64,000 nt of DNA from Histomonas meleagridis 2922-C6/04-290x (taxonomy: Eukaryota > Protista > Parabasalia). The stretch lies in the NCBI GenBank assembly GCA_020184695.1, contig JAANOX010000003.1:71718-135717 (forward strand), in the 5' to 3' direction. The notes beneath the pieces were generated by a model, which was not told where the DNA came from, searched no databases, and saw only the letters and a list, made by a program, of their open reading frames with translations. Of the stretch, positions 32,284-42,737 are shown piece by piece (the first letter of the stretch is position 1; each line of letters opens with the position of its first letter). The translations under genes were made by a program, and so were the position numbers.

Positions 32284-33783
32284 AAATTCAATCAAATATT
32301 TGGAGATCATTGAGGTTATTTAAAACAGCACTTAGTGTAGCATTGAAAAAAGGTGACCTAGAAATAATCAATTTACTTCTAAAGCATGATAAGATAAATC
32401 TTAGTTCTAGTTATCGTTATATTATATCCAAAGTTATTTATTTGTTTTATAAATATTTTATTTTTTTATTTGATATCTCACAATTATATTTTATGATTAT
32501 TTTTATTATTTAAAACAGTTCTTATTGTAGTTTGTGAAATAGGTAACTTAGAAATGGTCAAATCTATTCTTAAACATAAAGAAATTGATATTAATTATAT
32601 CAATAAAAAAGATGTTTATTTAAATGAATTTTAATTTATTTCCAATTTTCAATATTTTATTATAATATTTGGAATTTATTTAAATTATTTAACACGGCAC
32701 TTATTGAAGCAGCTGAAAAAGGTAAAACAGATATAGTTAAATTACTTCTTGAACAAAAAGGAATTGATATCAATGCTAAAAATATTTTTTTATATTATTT
32801 AATGCTTGTTTTAATGTTTTTTTGTTTGAATTTCGTATTTGGGAATTATTTGAATCATTTAATACAGCATTTCTAAAAGCATCTGAAAATAATCATGTAG
32901 AAACAGTTAAAATTTTTCTTGAAACAGAAGAAATAGATATTAACGAACAAGATATTATTCCCTTTTATTTAGTGTTAAATAATGAAATTTAATATTCTAA
33001 AAAAATATTTGGAATAATACCATTTATTTATGCATCTTTAAATGGTTCCATAGAATTAATTAAATTGTTTCTCGAGAAAGGAAAAATTGATATTAATTTT
33101 GCAGATATTCATTTACTTTTTATAGTATTTGTTTGAATAATTTGGAGTTACAAAGTATTATTCGGAATTTATTTAATTTATTTGATACAGCACTTATTTA
33201 TGCAGCTTGTTATGGTAATACAGAAATAGTAAAAATTCTTCTTAAACAAGAAGGTATAGATGTTAATGCAAAGGATAATATTTATATATTTAATTTAAAA
33301 TTTATTCAAATAGTTTTGGATTTTAAAAAATTAATTGGAAAATGTTTATATTAATTTTGTCAGCACTTATTTATGCATCTAAAAAAAATTATATAGAAAT
33401 TGCTAATTTACTTGTTAAGCATGAAAAAATTGATATCAATGTTAAAGATATTTTTTTGTTATAAACAATATTTATTTGATTAATTTAAAATTAAAAAATA
33501 ACATTTGGAATTTATTAATAAAATAATTTACTGCGCTTATGTGGGCATCTTATAATGGCAATAAAGAAATTGTTAACTTGCTCCTTGAACAAAAAGGAAT
33601 TGATATAAATGCAAAAAATATTTAATTGTTTTAAATAATGTTTGTTATTATAAAATTTATTTTCAAAATAAAATTTGGAAATAATATATATTACTTAAAA
33701 CAGCACTTAATTTAGCATCTATAAGAGGTCATAATGAAATAATTGAATTGCTTAAAATAAAAGAAACCAAAGAAATCAAATAA
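32245..33783 (+). repeat. ankyrin-unit array 2: nine stop-free ANK units separated by mostly 80-nt spacers
   Basis: Units start at 32325, 32515, 32694, 32864, 33017, 33187, 33360, 33530, 33700; last ends in TAA at 33783. Confidence 0.92.
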
Positions 33784-33904
33784 ATTCGATCATAAAATGA
33801 AACAAATATAGAAATGTAATTAAATGAATTAACAATAAAAAATTTTTATTATTTATGGTTTTATTTAATATTATTGGTTTTCTATCAACAAAAAGCTTCA
33901 TCTA

Positions 33905-35728
33905 ATGGAACATAAAAGTACAAAAAACACATCTTCAACACCAATTTTCTTAATTTCATCTGAATCAAAGGCAAAATTTAAGCTTCCTGAATTTTTAACA
34001 AACAGATATAAATTCTCATCTGATAGATTTAATATAAATGAAATAATAAATGATCCTGACATTGATGTAAATGAAATTCAAAAATATATTAAAGAATGCG
34101 AAAAAGGAAAAATAATAACAAATGAATATATGATGCATATTCTTACCAAATGTATTTCTGTACTTGTTTATTTTTCAAATTCTTTATCAAATTTTGATCA
34201 AGAATGTGGTAAGTTTCCCCAAACAATACTTGAACTTCAAACATTTATACATAATGCTTGTAATCTTCCAAATCCCATTTTTAATGAAATTCAAATCCAT
34301 CAAGCACCAAAATCAGAAATTTTAGGAAAGGACTCAATTCTTATAAATGCTCCTTTGATTTACACAACCTTTTTGCAGCAAAAACGAATTGATGAATCAA
34401 TAAAGTTTGTGATCAATTGTTTAAATAATCCTCAACTTTCAGAAATCAAAACAACAAAAAAATGGGTCGAAAAAATATGTCAGGAACTGAAACATGAGAT
34501 TCAAGAAAAAATTATGAAAATGAAAATTGAATCATATGAATTAAAAAATGAATTATTGAAACTTATTTCATTTAATTTAGAACGAGATGCTGTTGATATC
34601 TTTATTGAATTAGCAACTCATTCATTGAAGGAAAAAATTAAACAAGATCCCATAAATACTTTGGAAAATGTTGAATTGATTTCATTTACATTATGTAATG
34701 AAATTAATAAGTGTATATCCTTTTTTATGGATTCATTTTCAAAGAAATATTTTTATATTATAATTGCATGGGCAGAAGAACAATTAGAAGAGAATTTACC
34801 TTTGTTCAATTCTAGTAAATTTTATAAAAACTTTAATCTTGTTAAAGATTCTATTAAGATATCAAAAAAATATATCCAAATGCTTGAGGAAGTTGGATTA
34901 TCATGCACATATTTATTAGATTATCCATATAAAATTTTTCATGAAATGCTTAATTTTTCATTAAATGAACACATAAAAGATATTATTAGTTCTGTTCTTG
35001 ATGAATGTTTTGAATTAAATTTTCTACAAAATAAAGATGAATCGAAGTTATCATCAAGATCATTAACATGCTTTACTCAATCTCTTTCTAATTTTATGAA
35101 TGAAATTGAGATATTTTATTGTAAAAATATATTTAATATTTCGATATATTTTTTGAAAAACATTGTATTATCTTATCAAGCTGAATGTATTAAGCAAATT
35201 GAAGTTTCAAATTTTACTTTACCAAAACTTCATTCAATTCTTTCATATGTTATTATTTCTGAAAGCGAGATAAAGAATTCATTTAATGAGTTCGAGCGAA
35301 TCACTTCAATTAAATACCCTTTAGAAGAAATGGTATTTAATGAAATAATACTGACAAAAGAACAAATTATACAAAAAATTGTTTCAAAATTTACATTATC
35401 TTTACTAAATAAAATTCCAAAAGAAATCAAAAAGAAAAAACATCAAAAGTCAAAATTATTATTACCTATTATAAATGAAATCAAAGAATTTTATTTGACA
35501 TATAATTTACCACAGAATTTAAAGGATAAAACAGATGAAGAAATGATAGAACAGATCATTATAATAACTCAAAAAATCATCGAATGCAAAATAAAAAAAT
35601 CCCAAAAAAAGTCTTTTGTCACATATTCGGAATATTTTATAGAGAACACTAGGGATATATTCAATGAAACAATCAATAAAACTTTTAGGAAAAGAATCAA
35701 AAGTATGCAAATCAAATTGTTTTCTTAA
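33905..35728 (+). CDS. helical-rod protein, possibly exocyst Exo84/CATCHR-like
   Basis: 607-aa ORF; FSSDRFNINE and PLIYTTFLQQKRIDESIKFV weakly resemble Exo84 N- and C-domain motifs. Confidence 0.45.
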   Translation: MEHKSTKNTSSTPIFLISSESKAKFKLPEFLTNRYKFSSDRFNINEIINDPDIDVNEIQKYIKECEKGKIITNEYMMHILTKCISVLVYFSNSLSNFDQECGKFPQTILELQTFIHNACNLPNPIFNEIQIHQAPKSEILGKDSILINAPLIYTTFLQQKRIDESIKFVINCLNNPQLSEIKTTKKWVEKICQELKHEIQEKIMKMKIESYELKNELLKLISFNLERDAVDIFIELATHSLKEKIKQDPINTLENVELISFTLCNEINKCISFFMDSFSKKYFYIIIAWAEEQLEENLPLFNSSKFYKNFNLVKDSIKISKKYIQMLEEVGLSCTYLLDYPYKIFHEMLNFSLNEHIKDIISSVLDECFELNFLQNKDESKLSSRSLTCFTQSLSNFMNEIEIFYCKNIFNISIYFLKNIVLSYQAECIKQIEVSNFTLPKLHSILSYVIISESEIKNSFNEFERITSIKYPLEEMVFNEIILTKEQIIQKIVSKFTLSLLNKIPKEIKKKKHQKSKLLLPIINEIKEFYLTYNLPQNLKDKTDEEMIEQIIIITQKIIECKIKKSQKKSFVTYSEYFIENTRDIFNETINKTFRKRIKSMQIKLFS

Positions 35729-35830
35729 AATCAAAGATAAAAGAACAACAAGAGAACATGCCTAAGGAAATATTTATTAATAACAGTATTAATATAATTA
35801 TTAATGTAAAATAAAAATAAAAATATATTT

Positions 35831-36073
35831 TCATTCTGTTGGTATAAAATGAGGGGAATCAGGGTTAATGTTTACGTCATTAAGTGTTGGTGTATTTTGT
35901 GATTTTTTAATGCTATTTATAATGATGTAAAAAGTAAAATATGTTAAACCAATCATCATGATTAAAATTAATATAATAACAATATAACAAATGATTGGTA
36001 TTGACTTGAAATGAATATGCAATGGTTCTCTATCTAATGAATTGCCTATGAGAGGCAATAAAAAGAAAAACAT
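35831..36073 (-). CDS. small single-pass membrane protein
   Basis: 80 aa with signal-like MFFFLLPLIGNS and a long hydrophobic TM; divergent from the 36127 gene. Confidence 0.45.
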   Translation of the reverse strand: MFFFLLPLIGNSLDREPLHIHFKSIPIICYIVIILILIMMIGLTYFTFYIIINSIKKSQNTPTLNDVNINPDSPHFIPTE

Positions 36074-36126
36074 TTAATTGGCCGCAAAAATTATTAATTG
36101 TCGTTTTTGGGGCGCCCTACTACACC

Positions 36127-38289
36127 ATGTCCAACAAGTCTTCGCTTCCCACTTGCTATGATTTCCAGCAACAAATCAAAAGTCAAAAGGCTGCATTACA
36201 AGCCTTAGATAGCCAAATTGATTTACAACAATCTCATGCTACAAATCTTCTCAAGCAAACAGTAATTAAAAAGCATTTACAAATTCAAAGAGTTTTTATA
36301 ACAGAAGAGTTCATCAGAGGAAGAATCAAGGACCCACTTAATACAGTTCCTTTCACAGCAACAGACCTTGATGTAAGCCCAAACTTTGCTTCTTTGGATC
36401 TTCCTGACGATTTTTCAAAAGGTCCAATGAAAGCATTTTTAAATGATTTCCTTGACAGCCTTGACAACTTTCTTCCATCATTTTATATGCTCAACCCATC
36501 AAAAATTCCACCCAATCCAAAATATGCAGATCAAACGGCTATTCTTCTTCGTTGCGTATTTCCAACTTTATTCGGTTATTCGTGGTCCAAAGAATCATCA
36601 CAAGCTTATGCAAACAACATCGTCACATGGTTTGGTGAAATTTACAAAACAAAACCAACAATCTTACAAAATTTCGAAAACCACTGGATGAGTAAGTGTA
36701 TAACAGGATTTTTTTCCACGCTTAATCTTTCACAATTTGTATCTACAACAATCAAACCTCTTCTTTGGGAATTTGTTCAACTCTCTGCAAATGATCAGAG
36801 AAGCCCTTCAATTATTCTTACCTTTTCTACTCGTCTTCTCGCATCAATTCATGAAAACTTTCGTTTTCTTCCATCTGTTCTTAATAAATTCTATCGCGAT
36901 CTTCTCCAAATTGTAACGCCAGATTTACATGCTACAGTAATAAGATACTTCTTTTACGAAACCATTATCAGACCTTGCTTGGATAATCCACTCCTTGCAT
37001 CAGTTTCGGACATTATGCTGCCGATAAACGATTATTCTCAATTTTCAAAACTTTACATACCGTTCGAACTAAAGTTCAATTGCTGCGAAGAAAAATCGCC
37101 TCTTGTCGAGGAAATACAGAAACTTCAGGAATTTTCACAGTTCCAACCAATGTCTGTGATGGATGACATTAATGCGCAAAAGGCATCACAAGAATTATTG
37201 ACACTTGAAGAATTTTGCCAAATTGTTCAATGTGCTCATCAACCTTTATTAATGTCCACCCATCACTTGTCATTGCTCTTTCGATTTGTGGCTTCTTTAC
37301 AGCATACTGGTTTCCTTCCATCATCAATTTCAAGATCGATTTCAAATGTTTCGCAACAAGCCCTTCCAGACAAACTAGAAGTTCTCCCCAACCAATACTT
37401 CTGGTTTCCATGCTATTCACTTACATATCTTTCGATATCATCAATCAAATTTTCAAGTGAGTCAAAAACAATACCAATTTATAAACTTCTGTCAAATGAA
37501 AACTTTAGAGTTAACCCTAACGAACTTGATTTCAACAAAGCTTTAGAGAAAGCTACATATGCCACACCAATCAATTCTCATCCAGAGATCAAAATGGAGT
37601 ATAAATGGCTTTGTGAAAATTACAAACAAGATTTCACACTTTCATTAGCTGAAGAGATTTCGAAGAAACAAAAAGAAATCGAAAAGAAGCGTAAACGGTC
37701 GCTAGCTCTATCGTCCTTCACAAAATTTTTAGAAGACGAAAAAAGTTCTATTTTATTTGGGCAATATCAAGCTCTTTCTATCGCGATATTTCCACAATTT
37801 GCTGGAAGGTATCCTGAAAAAATTAATTCAAATGCTTTTCTTACAAAACTTTTAGATCGTGCCGAAGAGTTTTGTGGGAAATCGTTTGAGTTAATTGCGC
37901 CTTATTTTATTGCGTCCTTCCTCATCGAGACAACACAATGGATTAAGGCTATTCCATCTAATGAGAAAGAAGAAGAAATTGATGAAGAAATTAGGGAAAT
38001 CCAAAAATGTATATCAAAGCCTTTCCAAGTTTCTTCTTTCCTTCCAATAGGTCAGAGCTTGGCAAAGGATTTGATGTTCCTTGATGAATATGCAAAATTG
38101 AGTAATATGAATTTTGAGGAATTAGTGAAAAAAGTATACGTTCCACCATTTTCAAGTAAGACGGCTGATTTGGCTGGACAGATTTCTTTGGGATTGCTGA
38201 GCTTACCAACAAAGCTGTTGAGCTTTGTTCTCTCAAATGATGAGCTCTCGTTATTGAAAAGGTTTGTTTCGATTTATGGCGTCAAGTGA
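36127..38289 (+). CDS. hypothetical protein with RasGAP-like central fold (GAPVD1-like architecture possible)
   Basis: 720-aa ORF; FRFLPSVLNKFY..IRYFFYETIIRPCLDNP resembles the RasGAP core. Confidence 0.45.
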   Translation: MSNKSSLPTCYDFQQQIKSQKAALQALDSQIDLQQSHATNLLKQTVIKKHLQIQRVFITEEFIRGRIKDPLNTVPFTATDLDVSPNFASLDLPDDFSKGPMKAFLNDFLDSLDNFLPSFYMLNPSKIPPNPKYADQTAILLRCVFPTLFGYSWSKESSQAYANNIVTWFGEIYKTKPTILQNFENHWMSKCITGFFSTLNLSQFVSTTIKPLLWEFVQLSANDQRSPSIILTFSTRLLASIHENFRFLPSVLNKFYRDLLQIVTPDLHATVIRYFFYETIIRPCLDNPLLASVSDIMLPINDYSQFSKLYIPFELKFNCCEEKSPLVEEIQKLQEFSQFQPMSVMDDINAQKASQELLTLEEFCQIVQCAHQPLLMSTHHLSLLFRFVASLQHTGFLPSSISRSISNVSQQALPDKLEVLPNQYFWFPCYSLTYLSISSIKFSSESKTIPIYKLLSNENFRVNPNELDFNKALEKATYATPINSHPEIKMEYKWLCENYKQDFTLSLAEEISKKQKEIEKKRKRSLALSSFTKFLEDEKSSILFGQYQALSIAIFPQFAGRYPEKINSNAFLTKLLDRAEEFCGKSFELIAPYFIASFLIETTQWIKAIPSNEKEEEIDEEIREIQKCISKPFQVSSFLPIGQSLAKDLMFLDEYAKLSNMNFEELVKKVYVPPFSSKTADLAGQISLGLLSLPTKLLSFVLSNDELSLLKRFVSIYGVK

Positions 38290-38607
38290 TGTGAAAATCA
38301 CCTAAACGGTCGTGCAGCACTTTTACATAAACTCTTTTTATTTTTGTCTCAATAAAATTCATTCTTTCTGTAGATGTAACTCATAAAAGTATACTTTTCG
38401 ATTATTATCACATAATCCTCTTAGAAGTAATTTATAAAATTTGTGTTTTGGTGAACGAAAACACGGGCCTACTTTGTGGGACAGGCGATAGCTATCGTTG
38501 GCCGTTTTTTATGCCAATAATTTTCTTAGAAAATAATTATCCCAATATTACAGAGACCGTTAAAAAGAACCGTTTAAAAATAAAGGTACCTGTTTTTTGT
38601 ATATATT

Positions 38608-39954
38608 ATGATCGACGCTCGATCAAAACCAGGTCAAAATTCAATAGCGGAATACAACAGCTTGTCACTTTTTGAGTGGGTGATCACCTTGTTTAGAATG
38701 ATCAAATCGAAGCGACTTCTTGATCCGTATGAACATATTTTCCATCTTTGGAAAGGATTTCTTATGGCTGGCGTGGAATTTGAAAAACCTGGATATACAG
38801 AACAAGCAGTAGAAGAAATCATTCGAACAAATAGCGGGTTTCATCTAAAGGCAAATCTCCTGGGATATAAGCCAACAAAAGTACCGCCGCAAATACGTAG
38901 AATTCCTTCCAACCTTAAATCACTCGAACAAGTTGCTGATTGGATGCATCATAACTTTACTCCTAATGCTCGAGATACGCTTGCTACCATTGCATATGAT
39001 GATACTCGAGTAATGTTAAACACGTCTCACATGTGTGGAGATGGAGTTCACCATGCAAAACTTGTTGAACATCTTTGCAATCCAGAAGAAAAATGGCCAG
39101 ATGCCGTACTCCCAGCAAGTAGTGCAAACGATTTTTATCCTCTAATTCATGACAAAAAATGGGACAAAGAAAAACCTTTGACATGTACAATCGAACCAAA
39201 TATATCTCGTATACTCAAAAAACGACCTGTTTCCACTAAGAAAGATGCCAAGTATATCCCAGCATCAGTTCGAATTCCTCTTTCTGAGCTTTCTTGTTAT
39301 GATCCATCCACAAATAAATGTCATGGAATTAGTGAAAGTCAATGGATTGCAAATTCGATTTCATGTGCAGTCTTTAATGGTTCATTAGAACCATTCGGAG
39401 TATCAGTTGTCTACGATTTGAGAAGAATTTTACCACCAGAAAAAATCAATGATCCATCAATTCAAAGTTATATCTCCTCTGTAACAGTAAGTGCAAGCCC
39501 AAGGCTTGACATGACATTAGAGGAACTTTCGAAGCAAATGCGTGCCAAATTTAATGAGAGTATTGAAAATCATAATTACTTTGGACATATGAAATCTGTT
39601 TGGGAGGCTGTTTGGCGTCCGTGGCGTTGTAAGTCAGTTCCTGGAATTGGAATGGAAGTTTCTTCGATTGGACAAATTAAAATTCATCGACCAGTTAAAA
39701 ATGCGTGGATTGTTTTATATTCGCCAGACAACTACGAAATTTCTGGTACTTCATTTTTGACGTATTCTTTGATTTCAGAGGAAAAGAAAGAATTTCTTGG
39801 AACAATGCAATTCAATACCCTCGAGCTAAACGAAGATGATGGAATGATGCTCACCAAGTCAAGTGAATTTGCAATGAAGAATCTGAAGGGAAACATGACC
39901 GTAAAGGAAGCATTGGACTTGGTTGGAGAACAACAGAAAAACTATAGAAAATAA
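38608..39954 (+). CDS. CoA-dependent acyltransferase / alcohol acetyltransferase-like (condensation fold); start may be 38765
   Basis: NTSHMCGDG = HxxxDG motif; later VVYDLR and VSSIG motifs. Confidence 0.65.
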   Translation: MIDARSKPGQNSIAEYNSLSLFEWVITLFRMIKSKRLLDPYEHIFHLWKGFLMAGVEFEKPGYTEQAVEEIIRTNSGFHLKANLLGYKPTKVPPQIRRIPSNLKSLEQVADWMHHNFTPNARDTLATIAYDDTRVMLNTSHMCGDGVHHAKLVEHLCNPEEKWPDAVLPASSANDFYPLIHDKKWDKEKPLTCTIEPNISRILKKRPVSTKKDAKYIPASVRIPLSELSCYDPSTNKCHGISESQWIANSISCAVFNGSLEPFGVSVVYDLRRILPPEKINDPSIQSYISSVTVSASPRLDMTLEELSKQMRAKFNESIENHNYFGHMKSVWEAVWRPWRCKSVPGIGMEVSSIGQIKIHRPVKNAWIVLYSPDNYEISGTSFLTYSLISEEKKEFLGTMQFNTLELNEDDGMMLTKSSEFAMKNLKGNMTVKEALDLVGEQQKNYRK

Positions 39955-40714
39955 ACGGTTAAATCAATTCAGAAGGTTTTAAAACCCGCATAAACTATTT
40001 AATTCGCACTTTTCAACGAATTTGAGTCAAATTTTTTCTGGTTAAAAAACCGTTTTCAGGGAAAGCTTCGGAACCTATCGTTTAAGCGACAAAAGTGACA
40101 AAGTAATGAATAACGTTACACACAAAACTTTCATTGTTTTGAGAAAAATGGCAATATAATTTTCATTAGCACCATTACTCTTAGCTAAAGAATGATAGTA
40201 CGTGTTATTCACATGTTTGTCCACATCGTGGTCAAAAAATCTGTGAAATTTGCATGAAACTTTAATCCACCATTATTAAATAATGTTTTTAATTAAATAT
40301 CATAGACGAAAAAATAATCAAATTAAAGGACAAAATAAAGACATTTTTTTATGTAAATAATTCTTTTTGCCTAATTAAACTGATCATAAAATAATTAATT
40401 GATGAAATAGTTTTTCGTCACATATTTGAATGAATAAATTATTTAAATTTATCATGTCTGTGCATTTCTTTCCTTCCATTTTATTTATGAAATTTTAATT
40501 ATTAAAACAAATTCAGTAAACATTATCGCATATATGATCAGAAGTAGTAACCAATGATATCTGATTTTATATGGGGTTTATCATGTTATTTTTACTGAAA
40601 GCACATTTCAAATTCTGATTTCTGATGGGAGAACAGATGATACATAGATAAAAAGACAATGTACAAGTGAAGATAAGCTGCCATTGATATATATAAATTT
40701 TCAAATTATCGAGT

Positions 40715-41320
40715 TTACTCGTGCTTTAGTGGTTTATTTGGTTTAGCGTGGATTGCAGATAATGGCAAAGGATTGCCGCCTTTTTTGATTATATCGAAGA
40801 TTTTCGCAATTGATTCTGGTGTAAGATTTTGATAGTAAACGCCATCAACAATCATTGTTGGCGCGTTAGCACATGCACCCAAGCATTCAACCTCTGTCAA
40901 ATCAAACATTCCGTCCTTTGAACCGCCTTCTTTGAATGTTCCATTGCATGCAGTTTCAATTGCTTTCTTTATGGCATCTGAGCGATTAACATAGCAAGAC
41001 AAACCATTACACCTTTCAACAAGATGTTTACGAGCCTTTGAAAATCTGAACATGGAGTAAAAAGATGCTGTTTCATGTACACGGCCTAATGAAGTTTCGG
41101 TTAATTTAGCGACTTCTTCGAGCGCGCCTCTATTAAGGTATCCACCGTTTTCTTCTTGAGCAAGATGGAGGAGTGGAATAATAGCAGATTTCTTTTTATC
41201 AGTTGGATACAAAGCAAATATTGCCTTGACTTTTCCCATGTCCTTGAATGAAAATTTACCATCAAGAAGAGTTGCCTTCCTTGTCACTCTTGAGAAGAAT
41301 GAGCAGCCTTGGCTAAGCAT
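40715..41320 (-). CDS. nuoE: hydrogenosomal NADH dehydrogenase 24-kDa subunit (NuoE, 2Fe-2S)
   Basis: SAIIPLLHLAQ, ETASFYSMF, CNGLSC and CLGACANAP cysteine motifs; presequence MLSQGCSFFSR from ATG 41320. Confidence 0.93.
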   Translation of the reverse strand: MLSQGCSFFSRVTRKATLLDGKFSFKDMGKVKAIFALYPTDKKKSAIIPLLHLAQEENGGYLNRGALEEVAKLTETSLGRVHETASFYSMFRFSKARKHLVERCNGLSCYVNRSDAIKKAIETACNGTFKEGGSKDGMFDLTEVECLGACANAPTMIVDGVYYQNLTPESIAKIFDIIKKGGNPLPLSAIHAKPNKPLKHE

Positions 41321-42737
41321 CCAACAAGTGCCACTTTCCAAACCAAACCGCTACGATAGACATTCAATATTTTATTAGCGATGATAAGAATCATCATGTG
41401 AAGTGACATAACCTCTTTTTGTGATTGAATATGGTTCAATTTTGCCCATTTCGCATCACATTTCATGTATGTAAAGATAAACTATTGAAAAAGAACGAAT
41501 ATCTAAACGGTCGTTTAGGAGCGTCCCGGAATTCAATACTATTTCAAAATTGAGCGATATTCAATTTGCCAAAAACAACAAACAAATTTCAAGCAAACTA
41601 AGTCAAATTTTCACATAAACTGTCACCAAATTAAAAGTCACTATTAATTGTAAAGCGAAATTGATAACTTTACAGTATTCAAAATTTTTTTTGTATAATG
41701 ATAAATCATTTTTCGACTTGCGTTTTCATTAGCTATTGATGTTATTGAATATGATCCATCATTAGCTTGTAGTTTTTTATTTGAAGGGGTTTATATATTT
41801 AATTTATCATATCCATCATTATGTCAAATTTTCAAATTCGATTGCACAAATAGCTCATCGTAATCGAGATATTAATCGTTTTCATTATACACAATCGATG
41901 AAACATTTTGTAGATAAAGTTCGTTGTGATAAAGCATTACTAATTGATCATTTGCAATGTCTGGTGACAATTTATGTGCCGCTTCACTGAGTTGTTTTTT
42001 AATAAATAAACAGAAATTTGGTTGTGATATAAAAACGCATATTATTTCTTTATTTTCGTATTTTGAAATGAATAAAATAACTTTTTATCACATATACTTA
42101 TTCGTGCACAACTGTGCAATCCAACTTTAAAGGCAATTGTTGTTTTAAAATGAGAAAAAAATTGGGTTTTGATATGTTTATTACATTAGAATAATAACTC
42201 ATTGTGACCATTAAAATAAAATACAAATTGGTGAATTCGTATCCAATACTAATCGTATATGGATTCTGCTGCGGTATTGTGCTGTGATGTCATCGTAAAT
42301 GTGAATATTCCACATAACATTAATTATTCCTTAAGAAAGAATTAAAGAGGGTTTTAAGGCGAAATTTTTAATGACTTATGACAAAATCTTATTTTCTTCC
42401 CAAATGAGAAGAATTGAATTCCATGTTTTACGTTCAATCTCATGCCAAAATCCATATCATGTATCTTTCTAGTATGTGAGGGAGAGTTGGGTTTTTTGTA
42501 TAAATGTGAAAATAATACATAGGGGTCTATTGATTCGCAGATTCCCTTGAAAGAATTTTGTATGCAAGCCATCGTTTTTTTACGTTTGACTTTTCTGTTC
42601 ATTGAATTCCTGCGAATTGATTTTTGAATAGGATTTGATGGTAATTGAAGAGGAAATTTTCTCAAAATTCAAAGCACAGAAAAAAAAAATTGCCACTTGT
42701 GGCATTTTCTTATTTTTCGGCAACGAAATCCCTTCTT

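Noticed and set aside
32243-32328. Explaining ankyrin spacers as U12-type AT-AC or ordinary GT-AG introns
   Set aside because: AT..AC excision from the D codon to the T codon removes 84 nt (or 82 nt from the spacer start) and leaves the next unit out of frame. GT positions are inconsistent, and AG is missing at several 3' ends
20387-33783. CRISPR-like repeat-spacer array
   Set aside because: The conserved units are protein-coding ankyrin repeats with synonymous variation, spacers are mutually homologous, there are no cas genes, and the host is a eukaryote
40090-40300. Minus-strand fragment resembling a trichomonad F5/8-type domain (FFDHDV..NTYYHS)
   Set aside because: Short, no start codon, and the match is too weak to call
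42354-42665. 103-aa minus-strand ORF with faint TBP-like FFSFGK
   Set aside because: Similarity too weak; overlaps the BspA upstream region; left uncalled
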